Shown here piece by piece: positions 18,383-30,889 of a DNA stretch of 46,183 bases. Numbering within the stretch: the stretch's first letter is position 1; each line of letters opens with the position of its first letter. The stretch covers positions 1-46,183 of the forward strand of contig JBKCUU010000029.1 of the NCBI GenBank assembly GCA_046318155.1. The letters run 5' to 3'. The stretch comes from Bdellovibrio sp. (GTDB lineage: Bacteria; Bdellovibrionota; Bdellovibrionia; Bdellovibrionales; Bdellovibrionaceae). The translations under genes and the position numbers were made by a program. The notes below the pieces were generated by a model, which was not told the origin of the DNA, did not search any database, and saw only the letters and a program-made list of their open reading frames with translations.

Positions 18383-20389
18383 ATGAACCAAACAGGACGT
18401 ATTGGCCTTTCGCTTTTTCTTGTGCTTCTGACAAGTTGTGCGCACAAGAGAACGAGCAACGAAACACCGCTTCCTGTTGGCGCCGTGCAGGACGTTGAAT
18501 CCTTCCGGCTCAGCGATCCCGAACCTCCCGCGGTTGTCGATCAGGAGCTTGATAATACCCCCAGTGAGATGAACGCTCTGGTGCAACAATGGGTGAACTA
18601 CTTTCAAGGCCGCGGACGTCCTCATATGGAACGGTACTTGGCGCGCAGTTCGCGCTACAGTGCGCTCATGAAGCGAATCTTAAAGCAAAATGGTTTGCCT
18701 GAGGATTTGATCTACATCGCCTTGATTGAATCTGGTTTTAGTTCGCGGGCCACTTCACGAGCTGCGGCCGTTGGTTACTGGCAGTTCATTAAAGGGACCG
18801 GCAAGCGCTATGGTCTTGAGATCAGTGGTTTGGTCGATGAGCGCCGCGATCCTGTCTTGTCCACTCAAGCGGCGGCCGAGTATTACAAAGGTCTTTACAG
18901 TATGTTTGGTTCTTGGTACCTGGCGATGGCCTCGTACAATGTCGGTGAAAACCGTGTGAAGCGCGAAGTGATGAACCACTACACGCGCGACTTTTGGGAG
19001 CTTGCTCGCAAAAAACGCCTGCCTAAAGAGACAATCAATTACGTTCCTAAGTTTATTGCAGCGAAAATGATTGGTAATAATCCAGCAAAGTTTGGCTTCA
19101 CGGATATTGATTACGAACAACCAATTGAATTCGATACAGTTAAAGTGAGCCATCCCGTGAACTTGCGGCTCATGGCGAGCAAAATCGGTCTGGAGTACGA
19201 AAACTTTAAACAGCTCAATCCGAAGTTCAAAGGCGAAATCGCACCTGCCAAAAGAAATGGTGCACTTGAGCTCCGGATTCCCGTGGGTCAGTCGGAAATT
19301 GCGATGAACGCGGCTCGCGAGTCGGCCGTCGATAAAGTCCAAATGATTGCGGATGCGGGAGATACCCAAACTTACAAAATCAAATCGGGCGATAGCCTTT
19401 ACACGATCGCTCGTAAGTACCGGACGACTGTGGCTTTCTTGCGTGATTCAAATGACTTAAAGCCGGGTCGTAAATTACGCATCGGTCAGCGGATCCAAGT
19501 TCCTGACCGGACGGCTCGTAAAGCTGCAACCAAAGTGGCCGTCGTGAAGCCAATACCTGAAAAAGTAGGGAAACCTTCGGATCAAGAAAAAGCGACGACG
19601 AATCCCGAAGTTGTTCGTGGCGGCGTTGTTTATTACATCGTTCAACCGGGTGATACGCTCTCGGCGATTGCTGATGACTATGATTCATCAATCTCTGAGC
19701 TTCGCAAAATGAACCGTTTGAGTAAAGGCGGCGTTCTTAAAGTTGGAATGCGTTTGAAGGTTCCCAAAGACGATGGACTCCCGCAAGATCCCAATGAGGC
19801 AAAAACAAATGTGGCCGCTCAAACTTCGGGTCCCACCGAGACCGCTTCAGAGTCTGCGACTGCAGAGCCTGAAACAGCGGCAGCAGCCCATGTGGTTCGT
19901 CCCGGTGAAAATCTGACGACGATTGCAAAAAAATACGGTGTGACGATCCAGGCTCTGCGAAAAGCGAACAAACTCAACAACCGATCGATGTTAAAGGTCG
20001 GCGCACGCTTGGTCATTCCATCTGAAATTCAGGACAAGGGGATTGATCCCACTGGTATTGACGGTGGGGCTCGCCGGCCCGCCTCGACAAATCATAAAGT
20101 GACGCTCAAGCGGAGCCCTGCGAAGGTCGCCAAGAGTCCGCTTCGACGACCCAACAAAAAAATGACGAATAGCAGTCCTTCGGTCAACGCGAAGGCCCCG
20201 GCTAAATACGCGGCAAAAAAAAAGTCCAGTAAAGTGCACGTCGTTCGGCCCGGAGAGAACCTCACTTGGATTGCACAAAAATATGGTGTGAGCTTGAATA
20301 CTTTAAAAAAGAAAAACCAGATGAACTCTGGTTCTAAGGTTCTCGTTGGCGCTCGACTTTTGATCCCTACCGCTGACGCCGGCCAGTAA
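18383..20389 (+). CDS. mltD: MltD-like lipoprotein lytic transglycosylase with four LysM domains
   Basis: Lipobox LTSC, IESGF, GYWQF, DERRDP, SYNVG, LPKETINYVPK; four LysM repeats. Confidence 0.9.
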   Translation: MNQTGRIGLSLFLVLLTSCAHKRTSNETPLPVGAVQDVESFRLSDPEPPAVVDQELDNTPSEMNALVQQWVNYFQGRGRPHMERYLARSSRYSALMKRILKQNGLPEDLIYIALIESGFSSRATSRAAAVGYWQFIKGTGKRYGLEISGLVDERRDPVLSTQAAAEYYKGLYSMFGSWYLAMASYNVGENRVKREVMNHYTRDFWELARKKRLPKETINYVPKFIAAKMIGNNPAKFGFTDIDYEQPIEFDTVKVSHPVNLRLMASKIGLEYENFKQLNPKFKGEIAPAKRNGALELRIPVGQSEIAMNAARESAVDKVQMIADAGDTQTYKIKSGDSLYTIARKYRTTVAFLRDSNDLKPGRKLRIGQRIQVPDRTARKAATKVAVVKPIPEKVGKPSDQEKATTNPEVVRGGVVYYIVQPGDTLSAIADDYDSSISELRKMNRLSKGGVLKVGMRLKVPKDDGLPQDPNEAKTNVAAQTSGPTETASESATAEPETAAAAHVVRPGENLTTIAKKYGVTIQALRKANKLNNRSMLKVGARLVIPSEIQDKGIDPTGIDGGARRPASTNHKVTLKRSPAKVAKSPLRRPNKKMTNSSPSVNAKAPAKYAAKKKSSKVHVVRPGENLTWIAQKYGVSLNTLKKKNQMNSGSKVLVGARLLIPTADAGQ

Positions 20390-20430
20390 AAAGAAAGCCC
20401 GTAAATTAAGTTCCTCTTAATTCACGGGCT
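20388..20430 (-). terminator. Intrinsic terminator for a minus-strand transcript convergent with mltD
   Basis: AGCCCGTGAATTAAG-AGGAA-CTTAATTTACGGGCT followed by TTCTTTTT; the single mismatch is a G-U pair only on the minus strand. Confidence 0.85.
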
Positions 20431-20472
20431 AAGGGGAATGAAACCTGTATTTTTGAAATTTGACGTGATCAT
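20422..20472 (-). CDS. Candidate 16-aa peptide MITSNFKNTGFIPLSP downstream of the riboswitch
   Basis: GGAAGGA-5 nt-ATG; the only ORF noticed with an SD between aptamer and terminator. Confidence 0.35.
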   Translation of the reverse strand: MITSNFKNTGFIPLSP

Positions 20473-20548
20473 AACTGTCCTTCCAGTCCGACTAAGTGCC
20501 GCTTACAGCGTCACTCGTGCCTATGCGGTCTGAAGAGTTTAACTCTTA

Positions 20549-20655
20549 TCCCTCTGGCAGTCTGGCTGGCATTCGGAATGTAAAAATCTTGATTCCGAGA
20601 AGCCCCTTTAGCTTTGCGCCCCACGGTTTCCCGAGGTTTGCCTTTGGCAAAGGAA
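20549..20655 (-). promoter_or_regulatory. c-di-GMP-I (GEMM-I) riboswitch aptamer
   Basis: GGCAAACC-TCGG-GAAA-CCGTGG-GGCGCAAAGCTAAAGGG...CAGCCAGACTGCC; P1 UUCCUUUG/CAGAGGGA; G20, A47 and C92 equivalents present. Confidence 0.92.
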
Positions 20656-20772
20656 GGAATCAGCACTCTTAAGTCTTCGCTAGGCCTCCTTCGTCTATCG
20701 GTTAGTTTACTTTGGTTGATGTTAAGACACTTTTTGCTGTGGTTGAAGCTTTCTCGCTTTTAGGACCGCTTC

Positions 20773-20829
20773 CTACTGGTAGGAGGGGTCGGCAAGAACT
20801 CTGACTCTTCCTGCTTTGCTCTTTTTCAC
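20773..20829 (-). CDS. Candidate 18-aa basic peptide MKKSKAGRVRVLADPSYQ
   Basis: AGAAAGGTGG upstream of GTG; stop lies within the TCCTAC/GTAGGA hairpin. Confidence 0.2.
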   Translation of the reverse strand: MKKSKAGRVRVLADPSYQ

Positions 20830-21075
20830 CGAGACCACCTTTCTGACGTGGAATCAGAATACCTCGACCAAGGACCGGGCGAAACTAAAAGGCGCCGCTC
20901 GTCTCAAATCAAATCGTTTTCCGTTTCAAAATCAGAGAAGATAAATGCCAAGGAACCTTGCCGTGTCTCAAAATTTTTACTCAAAACTTAGGGTCTTCAG
21001 CGACCTCTAGGGACTCGTTCGGTATGAAAGCACAGAAGCTTTTTCCTTAAAAGCAATTGCGATAAAAATTTCAGC

Positions 21076-23058
21076 TTAAAAACCCAATCTTTTCTTAAGT
21101 TCTTCGGCGGCTTTTTTGGCTTCGTTTTCGATGCCTTTTTTAGCTTTGTTTTCTTCGTCTTTTTTGGCCACGTTCATTTTGCCTTCAGCTTCTTTCTTTT
21201 TGGAGTCGAGCTGGGATTGGAGCTTTTTAATTTCGCCGTCGACTTGGCCTTTTACTTTATTAAAATTGCCCTCGAGCTTGGCCTTTTCTTTGCCCACTTG
21301 CTCGTTGATAAAGTTTTGAACTTTGAGTTTGGCTTCGTCAATTTTGGCTTTGACGGCATTTTCAAAACCGCGCTGCAGTTCGGGTCCCAAGTTTGAATTG
21401 ATGGCAAGCCCCAGGCCCGGCAAGCGGCCTTCACCTTGAACATCGATGGTGAGAACGGGGAGTGACTTAAAGACATTTTTGAGAATGCTATCGACGATCT
21501 CATTTTTTGCCTGAATTTGGTAATCCACTTGCTTCAAGTCGTTATTCAGCGTGAATTCAAAATCTCGCAAGCCCACCAATTGACCTTTGGACTGGATCGA
21601 GGCTTGTGCTTTTTCGAAGGCGATGGTCACGTCTGCCGATTGCACAATTGAGCGCCCAACGATGGGGTAGTCGGCCACATTCATGTCGTAAGAAATTTTG
21701 CTGTCGGCTTTGAGGTTGTCGAAAGTTCCTTTGAACTCAAAACCTTGGATCGACATCGTTGGAAAATCACCCTTGAGGCTTGCGGTCGTGGGTTTGCCAA
21801 TCAGGACTTGATTCGACGTCACGTCGGTGATGAGACCTGCAAGGTTACCTGTACCAAGTGTGGGACTGGCTTTTGAACTGATGCTGATTTTACGAACCCA
21901 AAAAATCGGGTACGATTTCGGCTTTCCAAATTCGTAGGTGGTCCCATCGGCGCGAGGGCGGGGCTGCATCTGAATATCGACTTCGTCGGGTTTGCCTTTT
22001 TTCATTAAATTGGGAGGCATGTATTTTTCGGCCATGCCTCGGTACTGACTCAAGCGCTGCAAGGAAGGATCGATGTAAGGGCGAAACAAAGACTGCGCTA
22101 AATTTTTAGCATCGAGCTTGGGAATTTTAAAACGATTCTCAAGCTCAGCGATGTCTTTTTGGACAAGGGCATCAAGTTCGTTGAGGCCTTGTTCGAACTG
22201 TTTAAGATCCGTGTTGATCGTGCTGCCGGTCTCAGCTAAATTTTTGTACTTTTGATCCGCTTCTTCGGCCACGGCTTTGAGTTGGTTGACGGATTCGACC
22301 AGTTCTTGGGGAGATTTGAAATTGCTGGTTTTGATTTTTTTGACTTTCTCGCCGAGGGCATCAATCTCTTTGGGCTTAGGCAGGGCCGCGATTTTTTGCT
22401 GCCACACTTTTGATTTTTCGTTGTAAGCCTGAGTGAGTTCATTCAAACGTTTTTTTGAAGTCAGAGTTCCTTCGATTTTAGCCAGTTGGTCGTCACCCGA
22501 GGCGCCGCCCAAAAGACCAGCGAGATCTCCGAGGACGTTGTCATTGTATTTGGCTTCGGTTTGATCAAGCGCGCGGTCCTTGAGTTTATTTGCTTCTTTT
22601 TCGAGTTTGCTGGGGCCTTTGTCTCCGGGCTTGATGGGCACTGGGGGCTTGACGCGGCCCGGAGATTTGCGAGGCACGTCGATTTGGATTTGCTCAACCG
22701 CCATCTCATCCACGACGAAGCGGGCGCGCAAAAGGCCGTCCCACAAAACATCAAAGCGAATGTCACCAATCGCGACCATGTTGCTGGTGGGCTTTTGCGC
22801 ATTGGTGATCTGCAGACCCTGCAGGCGAAAGCTACCCTTCCAGAAGCTGGTCTCGAGGCTAGCGATGTCAACTTGCGCGCCAATGACCTGGTAGCCTAAG
22901 TACTCGAGTGCACTTTTTAAATTGCGATCAAATAAGAAGTGAAAATAACCCCAAGTCAAAACGATCACGATCAAAAGAGGAACCGCAGCTTCGGTTCGGA
23001 TCGGGCCTTTTTTCTTGGGCTTTTTTACGCTTGGGGGAGTTTGATGGGGAGTTGTCAT
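21076..23058 (-). CDS. TIGR03545 family protein
   Basis: GPIR..A N-terminus with TM, AsmA-like N-terminal segment, coiled coils; coupled (ATGA) to a TIGR03546-like gene. Confidence 0.82.
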   Translation of the reverse strand: MTTPHQTPPSVKKPKKKGPIRTEAAVPLLIVIVLTWGYFHFLFDRNLKSALEYLGYQVIGAQVDIASLETSFWKGSFRLQGLQITNAQKPTSNMVAIGDIRFDVLWDGLLRARFVVDEMAVEQIQIDVPRKSPGRVKPPVPIKPGDKGPSKLEKEANKLKDRALDQTEAKYNDNVLGDLAGLLGGASGDDQLAKIEGTLTSKKRLNELTQAYNEKSKVWQQKIAALPKPKEIDALGEKVKKIKTSNFKSPQELVESVNQLKAVAEEADQKYKNLAETGSTINTDLKQFEQGLNELDALVQKDIAELENRFKIPKLDAKNLAQSLFRPYIDPSLQRLSQYRGMAEKYMPPNLMKKGKPDEVDIQMQPRPRADGTTYEFGKPKSYPIFWVRKISISSKASPTLGTGNLAGLITDVTSNQVLIGKPTTASLKGDFPTMSIQGFEFKGTFDNLKADSKISYDMNVADYPIVGRSIVQSADVTIAFEKAQASIQSKGQLVGLRDFEFTLNNDLKQVDYQIQAKNEIVDSILKNVFKSLPVLTIDVQGEGRLPGLGLAINSNLGPELQRGFENAVKAKIDEAKLKVQNFINEQVGKEKAKLEGNFNKVKGQVDGEIKKLQSQLDSKKKEAEGKMNVAKKDEENKAKKGIENEAKKAAEELKKRLGF

Positions 23059-23579
23059 CCGTAGAGCTCCTGATATTTCGTGTACCATTTGTAAAGCGAA
23101 GTGGCCGTAAACGCCTTCCAGAATTTGGTGTTCTTGTAACGGGCGACGACGGTGGCTCGGTACTGCACGATCAATTTTTTAAAGATAAAAAAAGCCGGTA
23201 TGGCGAGCAAGAATCCCAGCAAGCCACTTCCCATGACAACCGAGTTGTTAAAGCGCGTGAGCGGGACGATCGGCATATTGTAGAGTTCGACAAAAGCGGG
23301 GCGAAGGGCTTCGCTTTCAAGAACGATGCGGCCCAGAGCGTCCGTCACGGGGTCGAGTAAAAAGGCGACAAACTTAAAGAAGAAGGCCGAGAGAAAAGCG
23401 GCCCCCATTTGGACTCGTAAAAAAATGCAAATCGTCAGCACCAAAAAAGTTTGCAGCGATAAGAACGGTGAGAAACCAAGAACTAATCCCAGGGCTAAGC
23501 CCCAGGCGAGTTGGTTGGTGCCCGTTTCGCTGTTGAGCATGCGAAAGAAAGCAAAAATTTGCTTGAGTAGCAGGGTCAT
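23055..23579 (-). CDS. TIGR03546 family membrane protein
   Basis: LNSET..NQLA.G..LG...GF.P and LYN.P.VP.TRFNN.VVMGS. Confidence 0.88.
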   Translation of the reverse strand: MTLLLKQIFAFFRMLNSETGTNQLAWGLALGLVLGFSPFLSLQTFLVLTICIFLRVQMGAAFLSAFFFKFVAFLLDPVTDALGRIVLESEALRPAFVELYNMPIVPLTRFNNSVVMGSGLLGFLLAIPAFFIFKKLIVQYRATVVARYKNTKFWKAFTATSLYKWYTKYQELYG

Positions 23580-23719
23580 AGATCCTCCAAGAAGACCGTT
23601 TGAGTGCGGGAACCTCTCATTATTCTAAGGCGAAAGGGATTTGGTAAACCACTTTTGCGCTGTCACATTGCAATATTGATAAAAGAACCCCGCCGGTTAT
23701 CTACCACACGGGCGACACG

Positions 23720-23885
23720 TATCAGCGGCCGAAGTGGCTTGCCCTTGACCGGAATGAAGGATTACTTAGGGGCCTACAAAAAGGCAATCCCGCGCGAAGC
23801 TTGGTGCGCGGTCTTTTCTGAAAATGCCATCAAGGTCTTTCGCTTGAAAGAGCTCGAAGGCAAATACAAGTGCAGTGTTAAGTAG
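23720..23885 (+). pseudogene. Possible C-terminal relic of an amidohydrolase
   Basis: ...PLTGMKDYL...AVFSENAIKVFRL resembles an amidohydrolase C-terminus; no N-terminal part; left boundary approximate. Confidence 0.45.
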
Positions 23886-24033
23886 TGCTGTATTGACACA
23901 AGTTATGCGCAAGAGTTTTGGCAGACAGTCAAAAGTCTAGCTCCAGTGTGGCAAAACCATATTGACAGTTTTCTGATTGAGCTCGAAAACAAGCAAAGTT
24001 GCCAAACGCTGGCCTCCAGAATAGTTTAATAGT

Positions 24034-24496
24034 ATGAAGTCCAAGATCCTACTTTTCGTCGGCTGTCTTTTTTCGAGTTTAGCATTTGCGGACTGTAAGA
24101 GTTGGTTCGACAAGGCTAAAATAGAAAAGGGTGCAGGTTGTGTAGTTAGTTGCGTGGCCTTGAAGGTCGACATGGGTACTTTTTCGTGCCACGAAAAATG
24201 CGATTCCTTTTGTGAAGAGAATGGCAAAAGTATGACTGCCGTCACTTTGTTTGGGCAGCGTTCTTGACTGAGATGTTTGGTCGTGAAAGAGCAGAAGAAA
24301 TCCTGAATGCTCACGAAAATAATCCGATGCAGCCTGAGGAGGAGAAGTCGATGGATCTTGCTAACAATCGACGTGGAGTCTCAGTAGCTGAAATAATGTT
24401 GCAGAATAAAAAATGTCCGAGAAGAATCTGATCAAAGAGTTCCAGACAGAAATTAAAAAGGGAAATCTAATCATTCTAAAAAAGAGGCCTTTGTGA
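24034..24496 (+). pseudogene. Disrupted secreted Cys-rich protein with DUF6973-like domain
   Basis: Signal peptide and Cys-rich start; a second frame gives CRHFVWAAFL...AHE...MDLANNRRG; a third frame after the A-tract near 24420 gives the C-terminus. Confidence 0.65.
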
Positions 24497-24786
24497 TCAA
24501 ATTTCTATTGGTTTCTCTTCTCATGGCCTGTGCCGCGCCACTGTTATTGCCAAGTGATACGCTCAGCCCGAAGAAAGTCGAAAATCGGTGGGGAAAAAGT
24601 CAATTTTCGATTGAGGCGTTTAAAAATGGAACGATTGATGACCGTGCAAAAATGGCTGCAGATTTGATTTCAAAAAAGGAGCTGTTTTTAAAAAAAGATG
24701 CCTTCTTTTTCTCATCGATCGAAAGAACCAAGTTCAAGATATCGTTGTTCACAAGAATTGCTGTCGCAACTAAATCAAAATCTTAG
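24493..24786 (+). pseudogene. Exported protein coupled to the DUF6973-like gene, probably 3' truncated
   Basis: GTGA overlap, signal-like N-terminus; the 3' end runs into an antisense ORF. Confidence 0.4.
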
Positions 24787-24874
24787 CATAGTCTTTTCTG
24801 ATTTCGGGTGCTGGTGGCATCGGAAACAAAGTCCAAAATTCTTCGAGAAAATCGAGATATTGATCAAGTGTCAT
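24770..24874 (-). CDS. 34-aa protein MTLDQYLDFLEEFWTLFPMPPAPEIRKDYAKILI, candidate antitoxin
   Basis: ATGA overlap with the NTase stop; shares LDFL..F with the 30080-30322 protein; below the ORF-track cutoff. Confidence 0.65.
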   Translation of the reverse strand: MTLDQYLDFLEEFWTLFPMPPAPEIRKDYAKILI

Positions 24875-25383
24875 GCTTCGGCCTTTAGTCGTTCGAGCTC
24901 TGTTGTTTGATCAAACAAGGCCGCGTATTCAAGGACTCTGACCCAATCGAGATGGGGTGTCGATCGAATCAAACTTTGAATATCGACCTTATCTTGGCCA
25001 GCTCGCTTTTTGTCGTTGATGTAGGATTGAATTTTAAGTCCGATAATATCTTCGGCCCGTAAAACGTAAATGGAGTTCCAAATTTTTGTTTGGGCATCTT
25101 TGAGCATTTTCTGGCTCAACGGGCGATTTGCTAGAAGAATATCGAGCGAGCCTGCCCCCTGAAACTGCAAAACCTCGGCGGATTCATGATAAAGCTGAAA
25201 CCCCACTTTGGTGAGGCTGTCACGGATCAAATCTCGCTTACTTCCATCTGCTAGAAAATCAATATCTTGAGTGGCGCGAGCGATTCCGTGAGCCGCCAGT
25301 GCGAAGCCACCAATCAGTGCGTGAGCAACATTTGCTTTCTGTAGAGCTTGAGTGGCTAGATCAAAGGTTCGTCGTAATCCCAT
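24871..25383 (-). CDS. Nucleotidyltransferase, AbiEii/MenT-like superfamily
   Basis: LIGGFALAAHG..RATQDIDF; LK...D..D C-terminal motif. Confidence 0.85.
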   Translation of the reverse strand: MGLRRTFDLATQALQKANVAHALIGGFALAAHGIARATQDIDFLADGSKRDLIRDSLTKVGFQLYHESAEVLQFQGAGSLDILLANRPLSQKMLKDAQTKIWNSIYVLRAEDIIGLKIQSYINDKKRAGQDKVDIQSLIRSTPHLDWVRVLEYAALFDQTTELERLKAEA

Positions 25384-25389
25384 AGTAAA

Positions 25390-25418
25390 ATAGTATGATG
25401 AGTGGGTTTCAAAAACAA
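25390..25418 (-). promoter_or_regulatory. Candidate sigma70 promoter giving a leaderless NTase mRNA
   Basis: TTGTTT-17 bp-TACTAT-6 nt-ATG; no SD. Confidence 0.5.
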
Positions 25419-25449
25419 GAGGCCGTTGGCCCTGTTTAACCCATTCAGG

Positions 25450-29069
<3,620 letters not shown>

Positions 29070-29073
<4 letters not shown>

Positions 29074-30017
29074 TTTTTAAGTTTCTTGACGACGTCGACA
29101 ACATGATCTGAATCATTCAAGACGTAGAAGTGCAAACCGGGAACCCCCCTGTTTAACAGCTCTTCGCATTGTTTGAAGGACCACGCTTTGCCAATTTCGG
29201 CGGCGTGCTTGCCGTTTTCGTGAATTTCGTCGACCAGTTGGTCGGGAAGATCGATGTGAAAGGCTTTGGGTAAAGTTTTGAGCTGAGCACCCGAGCGCAG
29301 GATCTTAAGCCCGGGGACGATTGGCACGGTGATCCCAGCCGCGCGGCAGAGCTCGACGTAGCGAAAGTATTTTTCGTTATCAAAAAACATTTGAGTGACG
29401 ATGTACTGCGCGCCCGCTTCGACTTTTTTCTTCAGGTTTTGAATGTCGACCTTGAGCGAAGCGGCTTCGAAGTGCTTTTCGGGGTAGCCGGCGATGCCCA
29501 CGCAGTAATCGAGCGGCTGCGAACCCTCGAGATCCTCAAGAAATTTGCCGCCCTTCATATCCGTGATCTGTTGAACCAGATCAGAGGCATAGATATTTTC
29601 GGTACGGTCGGAGCGCTGAGGCTTTTGAAAGTTCGGCGCATCTCCACGTAAGGCGAGCGCGTTGTGAATACCTAAGAAATTCATTTCGATGAGCGCGTCT
29701 TCAGTTTCTTCGCGCGAGAACCCGAGGCACAAAATATGCGCAACCGTGTCGATGCGAAAACGGTTTTGAATGATGCCGCAAATACCAAGAGTGCCCGGGC
29801 GTTTGCGAAATGTTTTGCGCTCGATCGTGCCGTCGTTCTTTTCGCGGTAATGAACGCTGGAGGAGTGCGAGGTGACGTCGATCCACGGCGGCTCTAAGGG
29901 CTGCAATTTTTCAACGACATCGATGATATCTTTGATGCTGCGGCCACGGGGAGGGGGGACGATTTCAAAACTGTAGAGAGGGTTTTTAGCCCGGTCCAAA
30001 TGCTCGGTGACATGCAT
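29070..30017 (-). CDS. metF: 5,10-methylenetetrahydrofolate reductase
   Basis: [47 protein letters not shown]. Confidence 0.95.
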
Positions 30018-30079
30018 GGCCGCAACTTAAGGCAAAACCTTTGTGGGGGCAAGGGAGATCAAGGCTTGGAGCTGTTGCT

Positions 30080-30322
30080 CTAGCGGGGATTTCGCGATCG
30101 CTCGAGGTACTCACGCAAGGCTTGGATCATCATGCGCTGATAGGGCCGATCTTGTGCCTTGGCAAGAGTCTTAAAGCTTCTCAAAATGTTTGCGGGCACT
30201 CGGAGGCTGATGGCTGTCGAGGGCTCATCCTGATCTGCGAGCATCTTTTGGAAGGCGTCTAGAAAATCGAGCGCCTCGTCTGGAGAAATCTCTTTGGTTT
30301 TGCGAGTCTGCGAAGTCTTCAC
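30080..30322 (-). CDS. CopG/BrnA-like ribbon-helix-helix protein, candidate antitoxin
   Basis: AISLRVP..IL..FK..A....RPYQ.M....LREY; GTGA overlap with the NTase. Confidence 0.8.
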   Translation of the reverse strand: MKTSQTRKTKEISPDEALDFLDAFQKMLADQDEPSTAISLRVPANILRSFKTLAKAQDRPYQRMMIQALREYLERSRNPR

Positions 30323-30795
30323 TTTTGAGCCTTTTTGAGAGCTTCTTTGAGATTCTTCACATCGATAAGATCCATGGGCCGTCCGGCCTCGGTTTTCAGT
30401 TCAATGAGGCAAGCTTTTGTCGCAACTCGCAAGCTTTGGCCTCTAATCTTGATGCGTTCGTAATCAAGTTTTGCAACATCCAGATGAATCAGAAGGTCAA
30501 CTTCGCGCGAAGGTTGTTTAAAGTCGACGAAGGACCAAGCCAGCAAATTGCGTTTCGCAACATACTCTTGGTGAAACTCGGCAACATCGGCGGCTCTGAG
30601 GGGGAGCCTGGACGTCAGCCCGAGTTCCTTCAGAATGTTTTCTGCTTTAAGTAAGTGAGCGGCTTTTAGGCTAATGACGAGGTCGACATCGACAGTTGCC
30701 CGAACGAGCCCCTGAAAAGCCATGGCGTAGCCGCCCACGAGGACGTAGGGGACTTTTTCAGCTTCCAGTTTTTGACAAACTTCGAGAACAAGCAT
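30319..30795 (-). CDS. Nucleotidyltransferase, AbiEii/MenT-like superfamily
   Basis: LVGGYAMAFQG..RATVDVDL; LK..AGRP.D..D. Confidence 0.85.
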   Translation of the reverse strand: MLVLEVCQKLEAEKVPYVLVGGYAMAFQGLVRATVDVDLVISLKAAHLLKAENILKELGLTSRLPLRAADVAEFHQEYVAKRNLLAWSFVDFKQPSREVDLLIHLDVAKLDYERIKIRGQSLRVATKACLIELKTEAGRPMDLIDVKNLKEALKKAQK

Positions 30796-30803
30796 GCCTT
30801 GAG

Positions 30804-30835
30804 GATACTTGTATATTCATGTATATACAAGTATC
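30804..30835. promoter_or_regulatory. Perfect 13-bp inverted repeat, probable autoregulatory operator
   Basis: GATACTTGTATAT-N6-ATATACAAGTATC just upstream of the NTase ATG, overlapping a TTGATA -35. Confidence 0.75.
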
Positions 30836-30889
30836 AATTTTGGTGTTTTACGGATGGTCTTCTAAGTCTTTAGGGTCATTGGCTTTTTT

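Noticed and set aside
20549..20655. cGAMP-selective (GEMM-Ib) riboswitch variant
   Set aside because: The position-20 equivalent is G, not A
20390..20700. CsrB-like sponge from GGA motifs in hairpin loops
   Set aside because: Only one or two loop GGA sites, far fewer than in Csr/Rsm sRNAs
23903..24029. Open frame YAQEFWQTVKSLAPVWQNHIDSFL...RIV* as a possible HipA-like C-terminal relic
   Set aside because: Resemblance too weak to support without a search
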